Source: Hyaloraphidium curvatum SAG 235-1
Lineage: Eukaryota > Fungi > Monoblepharomycota
Length of the DNA: 64,000 nucleotides
NCBI GenBank assembly: GCA_025558095.1
Contig: JAIVFI010000012.1
Span: 1-64,000, forward strand
Direction of reading: 5' to 3'
The position numbers were made by a program, and so were the translations under genes. Positions within the stretch are counted from its first letter, which is position 1, and every line of letters begins with the position of its first letter. The notes under the pieces are model-generated. The model searched no databases. It saw only the letters and a program-made list of their open reading frames with translations, and was not told the DNA's origin. Positions 21,682 to 32,293 of this stretch are shown one piece after another.

Positions 21682-22554
21682 ATGCCGCTCTTCTCGCTCC
21701 CCGAATCTCCCTCGTCCCGCCTCGCCCTGGGCCTCGCCGCCGTCGCCGGCGCCGCGCTCCTCGTCGTCTTTCCCCGCAAGCTGCTCCTCATCCCCCAGCT
21801 CATTTACCTCTCCCTCGGAGCCCCTCGCGACCCGAACGCGGCCTGGGACAAGTTCTGGTCCGGGATTTCGCGCACGGGCAAGGGCGGCGAGGTGCTGTGG
21901 GATGCGGCGGACGAGGGCGAGCTGGCGGACGTTCTGGCCAAAGCGGCCACGCGGATGGACGGGACCCTGCCGGTCATCGATGTCGGGTGCGGAAACGGGA
22001 GATTCGCGAGGGCATTCGCGGGAAAAGGGGCGCGGAAGGTGCTCGGGGTCGATGTCTCCCGGGCCGCCGTGGCAAGGGCGAAGGAAGAGTCCAAGGAAGC
22101 GACCGGCGTCGAGTTCAGAGTCATGGACATTGCGAAGGAGGGAGCTGGCGAATCGCTGGCTGCCGAGCTAGGCCCAGCCAACGTCTTCATGAGGGGCGTG
22201 TTCCACGTGCTCAACAAAGAGCAGCGAAAGGTTGCCACGAGGAACCTGGCGCTCATCACCGCCGGGAAAGGGGCGGTTTACTGCTCCGAGACGAGCTATG
22301 GCGGCGATCCCCTTGACCATCTGGTGGCACAGGGCGCGACGCCAACGTACATGCCTGACCCGGTCAGGAGGCTGATCGCCGCTGGCCTTCCACCACCGAC
22401 GAGCTTCAGCCGGAAGGACCTGATCGACGTCTTCCCCGAGAATGAGTGGGAGGTGCTGGAGTGCGGGGAGATTACGATGAGGGGTCTGCCGCTGACCGGC
22501 AAAGGGGAAACGGAGCCCATCCCGGGCTACTATGGCATTGTCCGACTCAAATGA
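21682..22554 (+). CDS. Class I SAM-dependent methyltransferase with N-terminal membrane anchor
   Basis: VIDVGCGNGRF, VLGVDVSRAAVARA, FMRGVFHVL. Intronless. Confidence 0.85.
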   Translation: MPLFSLPESPSSRLALGLAAVAGAALLVVFPRKLLLIPQLIYLSLGAPRDPNAAWDKFWSGISRTGKGGEVLWDAADEGELADVLAKAATRMDGTLPVIDVGCGNGRFARAFAGKGARKVLGVDVSRAAVARAKEESKEATGVEFRVMDIAKEGAGESLAAELGPANVFMRGVFHVLNKEQRKVATRNLALITAGKGAVYCSETSYGGDPLDHLVAQGATPTYMPDPVRRLIAAGLPPPTSFSRKDLIDVFPENEWEVLECGEITMRGLPLTGKGETEPIPGYYGIVRLK

Positions 22555-22756
22555 GCAAGGCGACTGCAAATGAACGAATGAATTCATCAATACACATACA
22601 CTTTGCGGGTACAGAACGGATATACAGCTCCGCGCACTCAAGACTTGCCTCGCTCTCCACACACACGTTCCTTTGAGGTCCATGCCTTCACACCATGCAG
22701 ACAATCAACGAGATACACACCACGACGAATGCAGTTCCGGGACCGCTTCAAGCCGT

Positions 22757-23338
22757 TCAGTCAAAGTCCATGAACATGAGGTCCGACTCGGCCCGCGGGC
22801 CGCTTCCGCTCAACATTTGCGCAGGAGAGACGCCGCTGAGGCCCGTCAGAGTCCTTTGAAGTGAGTCAGTGAGAACGGTAGTCGGTTGTCGGGGCGTTCG
22901 GGGTGCTTACGAGTAAAGCTTCAGAGACGAGTCACGAGTCGTGGGGGAGCCGACCGAAAACGTGGGAGGCGAAGCGACGACTTTGGGCGGAGCGACGACC
23001 GGCGGCACCCAAGACCGCGCCTGGCCGGCGACCGGGCGTGGCCCTTGCGACTGGGTCGGCAGGGAGGTCGAGAGCGCTGCGGCCGGGCGCGGAGCCTTGC
23101 TGGCAGCCGGCTCTGGCAACGGCTCCGCGGGCGCCGCCAGGCGGTCATCGGCATCCAAATCTTCGAAAAAGAACATGGCGACGTCGTCGCCGTCGGCAGC
23201 GGAAGGCGCGGGAGACATCGGAGTGTTTGGAAGCCCGCTTTCCTCGGATCGGCTGAGGTCACGTGAGCTCCCGCCGATCACGACACTTGCGACGGTGGAA
23301 GGTGGCTGCGCAGTTACTTTATGGCAGCTTTTCGTCAT
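22757..23338 (-). CDS. Small Ser/Pro-rich disordered protein; intron 22854-22910
   Basis: ATG at 23338. A GTAAGC...AAAG intron joins LYS to TLTGLSGVSPAQMLSG...DLMFMDFD*. Contains acidic-hydrophobic motifs MFFFEDLD and LMFMDFD. Confidence 0.5.
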
Positions 23339-23606
23339 CGTACTGCGGGCAGTACAAATTCGATGGAGAGCTGCTGATTGCGGCAAGGACGGCTTGCGAC
23401 CGTCAGCCGCGGTCGGATTGAGATCACTGGGGCAACAACGGTCGTCAGCTTCAATCCTGAGGCATCCTACGTTTCGGGTTGTTTTCTCATTCTCGGGAGT
23501 TTTCTTGGCGAGGGCCAGTCGTTCTGCTTGGGCTTGGGCGCGGTCTTTGCCACCTCTGAGACGTCGGAACGCGTTTCGCCGGAGTTCCGACTCTTTGAAG
23601 CCGGCA

Positions 23607-26600
23607 ATGAAGGTCTCATGGGGTCCCAAGGGCCCGAAAGGGCCGGTCAATCAGCCTCCGACGGGAGTATCTTGGGGACCACCCGGTTCGGGAGCGGCGA
23701 ACGCAGATGTTCCGGCGTCCCGGGTCAGCGCGATTGCTAGCCACCTGGCGAAAGTGAGCTCTCTGCAACGCGTTTTCTTCGGTATATTCTGACAGAGCGC
23801 TCCTGGTTTCAGGACGGGGCTCGGCCCGCCATCCTCATCGCCAACCGAGGGGAAATCGCCATCCGGATTGCCGACGCCGCCGCGTCCCTCAACTTGAAGT
23901 CAATCGCCGTGTTTTCGGAAGACGACGCCCAGTGCCTCCATGTCCGGAAGGCGGATGAGGTGAGGATCGTCGTCGCGGGCTCGCTGGACTTCTGGCGGTC
24001 CCGCATTGGCGCGGGAGACATGCTGACCGTGCCTGTCCACCGCCAGGCTTTCCCCCTGAAAGGAACTGGAGCTGCGGCGTATCTGGACGTGGAGCAGATT
24101 GCCAACGCCGCGCGTGAGACGGGAGCTGCTGCGGTTCATCCCGGATATGGCTTCTTGGCCGAGTCTCCCGCGCTCCCTCTCGCGCTCGCGAAGCGCGGCA
24201 TCGCCTTCATCGGACCCACGGCTCCGGTCCTCGAGCTCTTTGGAGACAAGCAGTCCGCCAAGGACCTCGCAGCCAAGACGGGCGTCGCGACTGTCCCCGG
24301 GACCAACGGAGCCATTCGGTCTCCCGACGAAGCCGTGGCCTTCATGAAGTCTCTTGTCGGGCAAGGTGTCTACGAGGGTGTCATGGTCAAGGCGGTCTAC
24401 GGTGGCGGCGGACGCGGAATGCGGGCAGTGACTTCGGTCGACGCCCTTCCGGACGCGGTGGCCCGGTGCCAGTCGGAAGCTCGTGCCTCGTTCGGGCGGG
24501 ACGAAGTCTACTGCGAAGCTCTGGTGTCCAACCCCCGCCACGTGGAAGTTCAGCTGCTCGCGACCGCGGCAGCACAGATCACGTTGGGGACGCGGGACTG
24601 CACGCTGCAGCGGCGGCACCAGAAGATCATCGAGATCGCCCCGGCCCCCATGCTCGATCCCCGCGTCGCCAAGGAGCTGGAAGAGGCTACCGTGAAGATG
24701 GCCAAGGCGAGCGGGTTCGTTGGCCTCGGGACGTGGGAGTTTCTCGTCAAGGGGAACCGCTGGTGGTTCATGGAAGTGAACGCCAGAGTGCAAGTCGGTC
24801 GGTACAGTCGCTTTGCCTTCGTCTCCCAGCCTATCTGATTCATGTGTTTCAGAGCACACGGTGACGGAAGAGGTGTTCGGCGTCGACCTCGTCGCTTCGC
24901 AGATTCGGATCGGCTTGAACCCCAAGATCAGCGTAGAAGAACTGGGCTTGGTCGACTACGCCAATGGTTCCGTCCGTCCTAGGGGCTGGGCCGTGCAGCT
25001 TCGCGTCAACGTTGGTCCAACGCTCGCCGTTTGGCCCCGGAATGCTCACTTGGCTTCCCTAAACAGATGGAAAAGGCCGAGTTCCTGTCGCCCACGGAGA
25101 GCATATGGGTCCCCACTTCCGGCGGAACTCTCCTCGCTTTTGAGCCGCCATCGGGCCGGGGCATTCGTGTCGACACCTCCGGCTACTCGGGGTACAGGAC
25201 CAACGCCAACTTCGACCCGCTGCTTGCCAAGATCATCGTCTCTTCCCCGTCGGGCAGCCTCGCCGCGGTCTTTGCGCGCTGCAGGCGCGCCTTGGAGGAA
25301 ACCCGGATCGAGGGCGTCGAGACCAACGCGGCCTTCCTCAAGGCCATCCTCGAGAACGGCGACGTCGAAGCGTTTGGCGCCGGGCAGCCGCGGGGCCTCG
25401 TTCTCCACACGAAATGGATCGAGGACAAGATGGACGAGCTGTGCGTCATTGTCGGCTGGAAGGAGCCCGAAGGCCGGCCCCAGGGAGCCCTCTCTCGGGC
25501 GGCGTCTCGGCCGCTCTACTTCACCAGCGCGGACCTCGGGTCCGCCGTCGTTGGCACCGCCGGAACTTCCGCGGATGCGGCTGTTCCTTCCATCCCCGCT
25601 CCGCCCGGCACCACCGCCGTCCCGGTGCCCATGCAGGCGACCATCGTCAGCATCGACGTGTCGGTCGGCCAGACGGTCAAGAAGGGCCAGCAGATCGGCG
25701 TGCTGAACGCGATGAAGATGGAGCACGTGATCTCGGCCCCGTTTCCTGGCGTCGTGAGGATGATCTCGGCTGCTGTGGGGCAGACGCTGCCGAAGTCTTT
25801 CCCGTTCGCGTTCGTGGAGCCGGCCGGCGCGGGAGCGGGCGAGGGCGACGAGGAGGCCACCAAGACTCAGGATCCGGACCGCATCCGCCCGGATCTCGCG
25901 CTGTCGATCGAACGCCACGAGATTACCTTGGACCACAGGCGACCGGACGCGGTTGCTAGGAGGAGAAAGCTCGGACATCGCACAGCGCGGGAGAACGTCG
26001 AGGACCTCATCGACAAGGGTTCGTTCATCGAGGTGAGACACTTTGAGGTTGCTCTGTGGTTCCTGTTCTCACGTTCCGTGGAGTACGGGCCTTTAATGGT
26101 GGCCGCTCAGCGGCAGCGTCGGTCGTTCGAGGATCTGCTGAAGCAGACGCCCGCGGACGGCTTGGTTGCCGGGTGGGCGCATGTCAATGGAGATCTCTTC
26201 GACGACGAACTGCGGACCCGAGTGATGGTCGCCTCCTACGACTACACGGTTCTTGCGGGCACGCAAGGAGGTTGGTGGAGTGCGTGTTCGGGCATCGATT
26301 ATGTGCCTGACGTTTGTCGTGATAGCTCTGAACCACAGGAAGAAGGACCGACTTTTCTCCCTTGCTCTCGAGCGCCGCGTCCCCGTGGTCTTCTTCTGCG
26401 AGGGCGGCGGCGGGCGCCCGGGTGACACGGACATCTGGGGTGCCAGTGGTGGTCTCGACATCATGACGTTCCGGATGTGGGGCCAGCTCTCCGGGCTCGT
26501 GCCCATGATCGGCATCACGAACGGGTACTGCTTTGCCGGCAACGCTGCGCTGCTGGGTTGCTGCGACGTCATCATCGCGACCGAGAATTCGAACATTGGA

Positions 26601-27790
26601 ATGGGCGGCCCGGCCATGATCGAAGGTGGCGGCTTGGGCGTCGTGAAGCCCACCGAGGTCGGCCCCGTGTCCGTTCAAGCTCCAAACGGGTGCGTTTGTC
26701 GACGGGGTCGCGGCTTCCGGGCACGAACTGACCGCCGCCCTTCCTGACCAGCGTGATCGACATCCTCGTCAAGGACGAGGCCGAGGCCGTGCGTATGGCG
26801 AAGAAGTACCTCAGCTACTTCCAGGGACCTCTGAAGACGTGGACCTGTCCGGACCAGCGGAACCTGCGGCACATCGTCCCGGAGAACCGTCTTCGAGCCT
26901 ACGACATTCGCAAGGTCATCTACGGAATGGCCGACACGGATTCGGTGCTCGAGCTCCGCGAGCAGTTCGGGCTGGGGATGATCACCGCGCTGATCCGCAT
27001 CGAGGGGCGCCCGATGGGGCTGATTGCCAACAACACGTGGCATCTCGGCGGCGCGATCGACGCCGACGCCGGGGACAAGGCGTCGAGGTTCATGCAGCTC
27101 TGCGACGCGTACGAGCTACCTATTGTGGCGCTGTGCGACACCCCTGGGTTCATGGTTGGCGTTGACCACGAGAAGACCGCGCTGGTGCGGCACGTCTCGC
27201 GAATGATGGTGACGGCGGGCTCCATTACCGTGCCATACATTGTCGTTGTGGCAAGTTCTTTCGCCCCGCCCTTCGGCAATCGCTAACGCCTGATCTGCAC
27301 AGCCTCGCAAAGGATACGGACTCGGCGCCCAGGCCATGGCTGCCGGCTCCTTCCACGGCCCGCACATGATCGTCTCCTGGCCGACCGGCGAGTTCGGCGG
27401 GATGGGCCTCGAAGGCGCTGTTCGTCTGGCCTACCGGTGAGCAGCGGTGTCTTCCGTGCCCATCTCGATCCGCTGACATTGCTGCGAAGGAATGAACTGG
27501 CTGCTATCCCGGACCCGAAGGAAAGGCTCGACCAGGAGAACCGGATGATTGCCGAGCTGTACGAGAACGGGAAGGCCATCCGCGCCGCCGAGTTCCTCGA
27601 GGTATGGATACTACCTGGCTTACGCTCTGTTCGGGCAGCAACCAACTTTCGCGATCTCATCCAGATTGACGACGTCATCGATCCCGCCGACACGCGCCGC
27701 TACATCATTGGCGCACTGAAAACTTGCACCGGCGGTCGCGGTTGGGTGCCGGGGAGCCCGAAGAAGAGGCCGATGGTCGACACGTGGTAA
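23607..27790 (+). CDS. Single-chain biotin-dependent acyl-CoA carboxylase (BC-BCCP-CT, long-chain acyl-CoA carboxylase type), many introns, N-terminal PTS2
   Basis: ILIANRGEIAIRI, HPGYGFLAE, GGGGRGMR, RDCTLQRRHQK, FMEVNARVQVEH, biotinylation site AMKM, CT motifs YDYTVLAGTQG, EGGGGRPGD, DTPGFMVG, RKGYGLGAQAM, ending KKRPMVDTW*. Exon 1 is 23607-23753. Confidence 0.9.
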
Positions 27791-27914
27791 AGGCCGTGTA
27801 GCCGATCTTTGGAGATAGATTCTTCTTCGTCCTGACATTATCTTTTGAACGTGGTATAACTACATTTTGCAAACGGCAGTCCATTCAAGTCAGTCTTTTT
27901 CGCACTGGAGCCCT

Positions 27915-30172
27915 TCACGGCATCGCATTTCTGTCCGACCTGCCCTGCGCGTCCCTCGCGGGTCCGATCCCGATGCTCGTTCCCGACCCCGCCACGGCTT
28001 CCGCCTGCGAGACCCGCGATGATTTGATGACCGCGAGATCGATGCCCACGGTGCTGCCGCTGGCGCTGGTCTGGGGTCCCAGGGTGGCAGACTGGGCCCG
28101 CTGCACGAGGAAGGTGCTCGAGCCCGAGGAGAGCGCCACGGTCTTCTGGCTCCCCTTCTCGGAGCTGCCCGCGGCGTCGTCGGCCTTCTTCAGGTGCAGC
28201 GATCCGGTCGATCCGATCCGCGACCCCGCCTCGCTTCCGATCGCAAAGAGGCCCACGCTCTGGGCGCTGCCGTGGGACGACCTCGTCCTGGGCGGCTTCT
28301 TGGGCGGCACGGCGGGGTCCAACACCACCATGTCGACCAAGCTCCTGACGGACTCGGAAGCTTCCCAAAGCCGCTCGTAGTACCCGCCGCCCTTGCCCGT
28401 GGCTTTCCCGGCCGACGCCATGCTCGCGGGGCCCTTCGCCCACACGATGCCGGCGAACATGGCGAGCCCGGCCAGGTTGACCGCCCCCATGATGCGGAAC
28501 ATGAGGTGCGGGCCGAACTGCTTGTACAGCGCGCCGCCGACCGTGCATCCGACCGCCGGCCCGAGCCCCGAGAAGATGGCGTTCAGGATGCCCTGCGAGG
28601 TCGCTTCCCTGCCGACGGGCGCGATCTGCCCCACGAACTTGACGCCCGCGGCCCACGCCGTCGCGAAGCAGGCTCCGTTGAGCGTCTCGATGGCCAGCAC
28701 GCCCCAGACCGTGCCCGGCGTGAGGAACGAGTAGGAGAAGACGCGTATGGACATGGCGGCCTGCGAGAGCATGATGGTGCCGGGTATGCCGAGCCGCTTG
28801 AGGATGTGCTTCGAAAAGTAGAACATCGGGGCCTCGGTGGTGATGCTGGCGAGCGAGGTGATGCCAAGAAGTGTGGTCGGGGCCCCGAGGGACAGGAGAA
28901 AGAGCCACTGGAAGGTGCTGATCACGACGAGCGTCATGCCGATGCAGAACATCTGTAATGGCGAGGCAGAGTTGGCGGATTGCATGAAGGAATCAAGAGC
29001 ACAAAGCTTACGGCAAAAAGGAATCCAAACACGTTCACGTTCAGCAGCCAGCCCCACCCCCCGGGCGGCGGGGCGGACGCCGGCGCCAGCTCCTTGATCG
29101 CGGGCGGCGCCGCCACCAACCTCGGGCTCGACACCGCGCTGGTCCGCCCGTCCAAGCTCTTCTTGAGCATCGCCATTCTCAGGTCCCCACCCGGCTTCAG
29201 GTTCGGGTCCGCGGTGCCGGGCGAGCTCGGAGAGGTCCCTTGCGAGGGAGACGCGGCCATCAAGGAGGGGTCGATGACCGAGAACATGCTGCTGTCGGTC
29301 GACGCGAGGCTGGGCCGGTGCTTCGCCAGGACCGCCGCGGGCCGGGCCGCTGCCTCCTTCGTTGCCTCGCTCGGGGGCGATTGCCGCTTCCAGTAGTTGG
29401 GAACCCGCCAGAGGAGCGCGCAGACCCCGCAGACCGCGACGGCCCGCACGTAGAACGGGAGGTGCAGGTTCTGCGTGTGCGAGACGAGCAGCGAGACCAG
29501 GAAGGACGTGGTGCCGCACGCGAGGGTGCCAAAGACGCGCTGTTGGCCGTACTTGTCGGATTCCTCCCCAAGCATGCCTGTCGGAAGGGGCCGCAGTGAG
29601 CCCATTGGAAGACAGCGAAAGAGAGGCATCGCATCCCACCAAGAACGAGGCTATCCGTCAGCGGGTTGACAGCGACCATGCACAGGGAATATGCGATGTA
29701 CATCCCGACCATGACGGGGTAAGTGGGCTTCAGGAACCTGGTCCGCGGCATCGGAAGGTCGGCGACGTGCCCGGCGCCGCAGCCGGCACGACCCACATCA
29801 GGTTCAGGAAGGTGCCCATCATGATGACCTGGAAGATCAGGATCGAGCGATAGCGGCCCGTTCTATCCGCGATGGAGGTCCATAGGGGCACGCAGAGGAA
29901 GGCGATGATGGGCTGGAGGGACGACAGCACGCCGATCTGCTCTTCGTCGAATCCGAGCACGTTCTGTCCGGGACTAGACGTCAGACGGGAGCACGTCAGA
30001 TGAAACGATTGTTGCACGCACCTTCCAGACGAGCGTGAAGTACGGGCCGGCGGAGCACCTGCGAGCCCGACCCGTGAGCCCGATACCCCGGCAAACACCA
30101 TCCCTTCCGACGGATCTCCCACCAGCCGGTAAACAGCAGCGCATATATCGCTTTGGCGTAGAGGAAACGCAT
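27915..30172 (-). CDS. MFS transporter (MFSD6/MFS_1-like), multi-exon
   Basis: QIGVLSSLQPII..LCVPLWTSIADRTGR, YGQQRVFGT, EAPMFYFS and ATSQGI..AIFSGLG..VG...GG, with multiple TM segments. Confidence 0.85.
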
Positions 30173-30642
30173 GGCCGGGCCCCGGCGGTCCTGTCACGCC
30201 GCGGCAAGGCACGGCCGGCGAACCCGCGGCCCGCTCCCCGTCCGCGTTCCCTCGTCCCGCTCCTCGACGCCGCCGGACGCCCGCGGGACGCGTCGTGGCG
30301 GGTGGCAAGGATGGAAACGGGCGGCTCCGGGTGCGATGGAAGGGTGCGGATGGCGGTGGAGCGGTGCTCGGGCTCCGCCGATCCCGGGTCTGATCCCGCG
30401 TCGGAGTTTCGTCGCACGGCCCCGGAAGGGTTCCGTGCTCGGAGGCTGTGCGCGGGCGACGCAACCGATGCCGCAGCGGTGGTCCGCCGAGGTCCAGATG
30501 GAACGCATCGCTGCGATGTCGCCGACGAGCGTGTGTCGGGCAAGCGCGGAGCTGCTGGCCGGGCCAGACAAACCTCGAAGCCCCGACTGCACCGGTCTAG
30601 TGACGAGGGTCTCTTCCAAGAAACAAGCTCCCCAGTTGATTG

Positions 30643-32154
30643 CTACTCTTCCACGACCTCGTTCTCCCACCACTTCATCGCGACCATCTCGACGATCTCC
30701 GCAGGCAACCCCGCCCTGCGCTCCCCGTCCTCCCCCGCCCGGGCACCCCAGCACCCCCTTTCGGCCCACCTCCCCGCATAGATCACCGCCTTCACGTCCT
30801 CGACCGCCCACGGGTAGACGCCGGGGGACAGCACCCGCACCGCCTTCCTCGCGGGCGGCCCGCCGAGGTGCATTGCCAGCCTGACCAGCCCGCGGAAGCC
30901 GTAGTACGCCCCCCCGATACGGCACGCGAGCTCCGCGGCCGCGGCGACGTCGCGCGCCTTGAGCGGGGTGTCGGAGCGGGCGACGGCGAGGCGCAGGGAG
31001 CGGAAGAGCTCGTGGCGGGTCGATTGGAGGTGGGTGTCGAAGAAGGAGTGGAAGCCGAAGTGGAAGGGGGGCAGGTCGAGGAGGCCCTGGATGGGGGAGA
31101 AGAAACCCTGCGGTGATCGGAGCAGGTCGCGGTCGAGGAGGTAGCGGAGCCAGGTCGGGGACTTGATCCGGTCGAGGTAGTAATCGTGCGAATAAACGAC
31201 GCGCCGCACGGCTTCGCGGCCCTCGCGCGATTCGAGGTCGTCGAGGAAGAACACGAGCAGCTCCGCGCGGTTCGCGTAGATGGGCTCGATCTCGGGGGCG
31301 ACCTGGTCCTGGGTGAGCACCGAGCCGTGGATGACGGCGTGGCGGCACCAGGCGACGGGATCCTGGAGGTGGTCGAAGATGTCCATGTCCGACAGGCCGG
31401 CGAGGAAGCGCAGCCAGAGCCTGCGCGCGGGATCGGCGCCGTGCCGCACGAGGAGGCGGGCGACGTCGGCGTTCTGCGCCCGGAACAGGAGGGGCGGGAA
31501 CCAGGTGTTTTCGTCGTCGAAATCGTACGACGGGATACCGGAGAGGACGGTGGAAAACAGCTTGTCCAGGTTCGATAGGGTTTCGGGGTCGCCCGTGTGC
31601 GTCCGCGCCACGACGTCGTGCGCCGCATTGAAGGCCAACGAGCTCTCCGTGAACTCCTCGACCAGGCTGTTGTCCCGAACAACCATGCCCTCGGGCTGCT
31701 CGTGGTCCACCTTCCAGTCGATGTAGCGGTACGTCCGGCCCCTGGTCTCCAGCAACCAATCGACGACCCTGCCGCTCCCGCCGTAGAAAGCGGAGATCAG
31801 CGCGTCTGTGCAGTCCATGGGCAGCTTCGCGACGTCGCGCCACCATTCTAGCCACTCCAGCGAGCCGTGGAACGCCGCGAGGTTGAACGCGTGGACGATC
31901 GAGTCGTCGCGCTCGCAGTCTGCCTTCCAGCGCTGCTTGATGGCGAGCTCCATGGTCTGCACGGCGTACAGCAGGCGCCCGCGGTCCAAAGCGGCGGCGG
32001 CGGCGGCGTCGTTGTCGACCGCCGAGACGCAGAGCAGCTTCGCGTCGGCCGGCAAGCCGAGCTCGTCGCATCGCCGCAGCACCGTCGCGAGGACGTCCGC
32101 GCGGTCGGCCCGCGCGGCGAGGAACTTGGTCGCCGCGAAGAACAGCTGCGCCAT
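30643..32154 (-). CDS. Hypothetical protein with degenerate ankyrin-like repeats and C-terminal LPxEIV motif
   Basis: 503-aa intronless ORF containing AAFHGSLEWLEWW, SAFYGGSGRVVDWLL and DVARLLVRHGAD, with tail GLPAEIVEMVAMKW. Confidence 0.6.
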   Translation of the reverse strand: MAQLFFAATKFLAARADRADVLATVLRRCDELGLPADAKLLCVSAVDNDAAAAAALDRGRLLYAVQTMELAIKQRWKADCERDDSIVHAFNLAAFHGSLEWLEWWRDVAKLPMDCTDALISAFYGGSGRVVDWLLETRGRTYRYIDWKVDHEQPEGMVVRDNSLVEEFTESSLAFNAAHDVVARTHTGDPETLSNLDKLFSTVLSGIPSYDFDDENTWFPPLLFRAQNADVARLLVRHGADPARRLWLRFLAGLSDMDIFDHLQDPVAWCRHAVIHGSVLTQDQVAPEIEPIYANRAELLVFFLDDLESREGREAVRRVVYSHDYYLDRIKSPTWLRYLLDRDLLRSPQGFFSPIQGLLDLPPFHFGFHSFFDTHLQSTRHELFRSLRLAVARSDTPLKARDVAAAAELACRIGGAYYGFRGLVRLAMHLGGPPARKAVRVLSPGVYPWAVEDVKAVIYAGRWAERGCWGARAGEDGERRAGLPAEIVEMVAMKWWENEVVEE

Positions 32155-32293
32155 CGCCCGCGGCGGCCCTGCAGAGCGAAGGACGGTACCGGGGGCGGAG
32201 CAGGTAACCCAGAAAGAGGCGGAGCGCGGACCAGCAGCAAGGGCTTGCCACCGCGTCCACTCGACTAGTTGAACAATTGCACCTTGCGACTAG

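Noticed and set aside
23707-23753. Alternative-frame leader MFRRPGSARLLATWR resembling a mitochondrial presequence for the carboxylase
   Set aside because: No AG acceptor between 23790 and 23812 puts it in frame with the BC domain. The PTS2 frame splices correctly.
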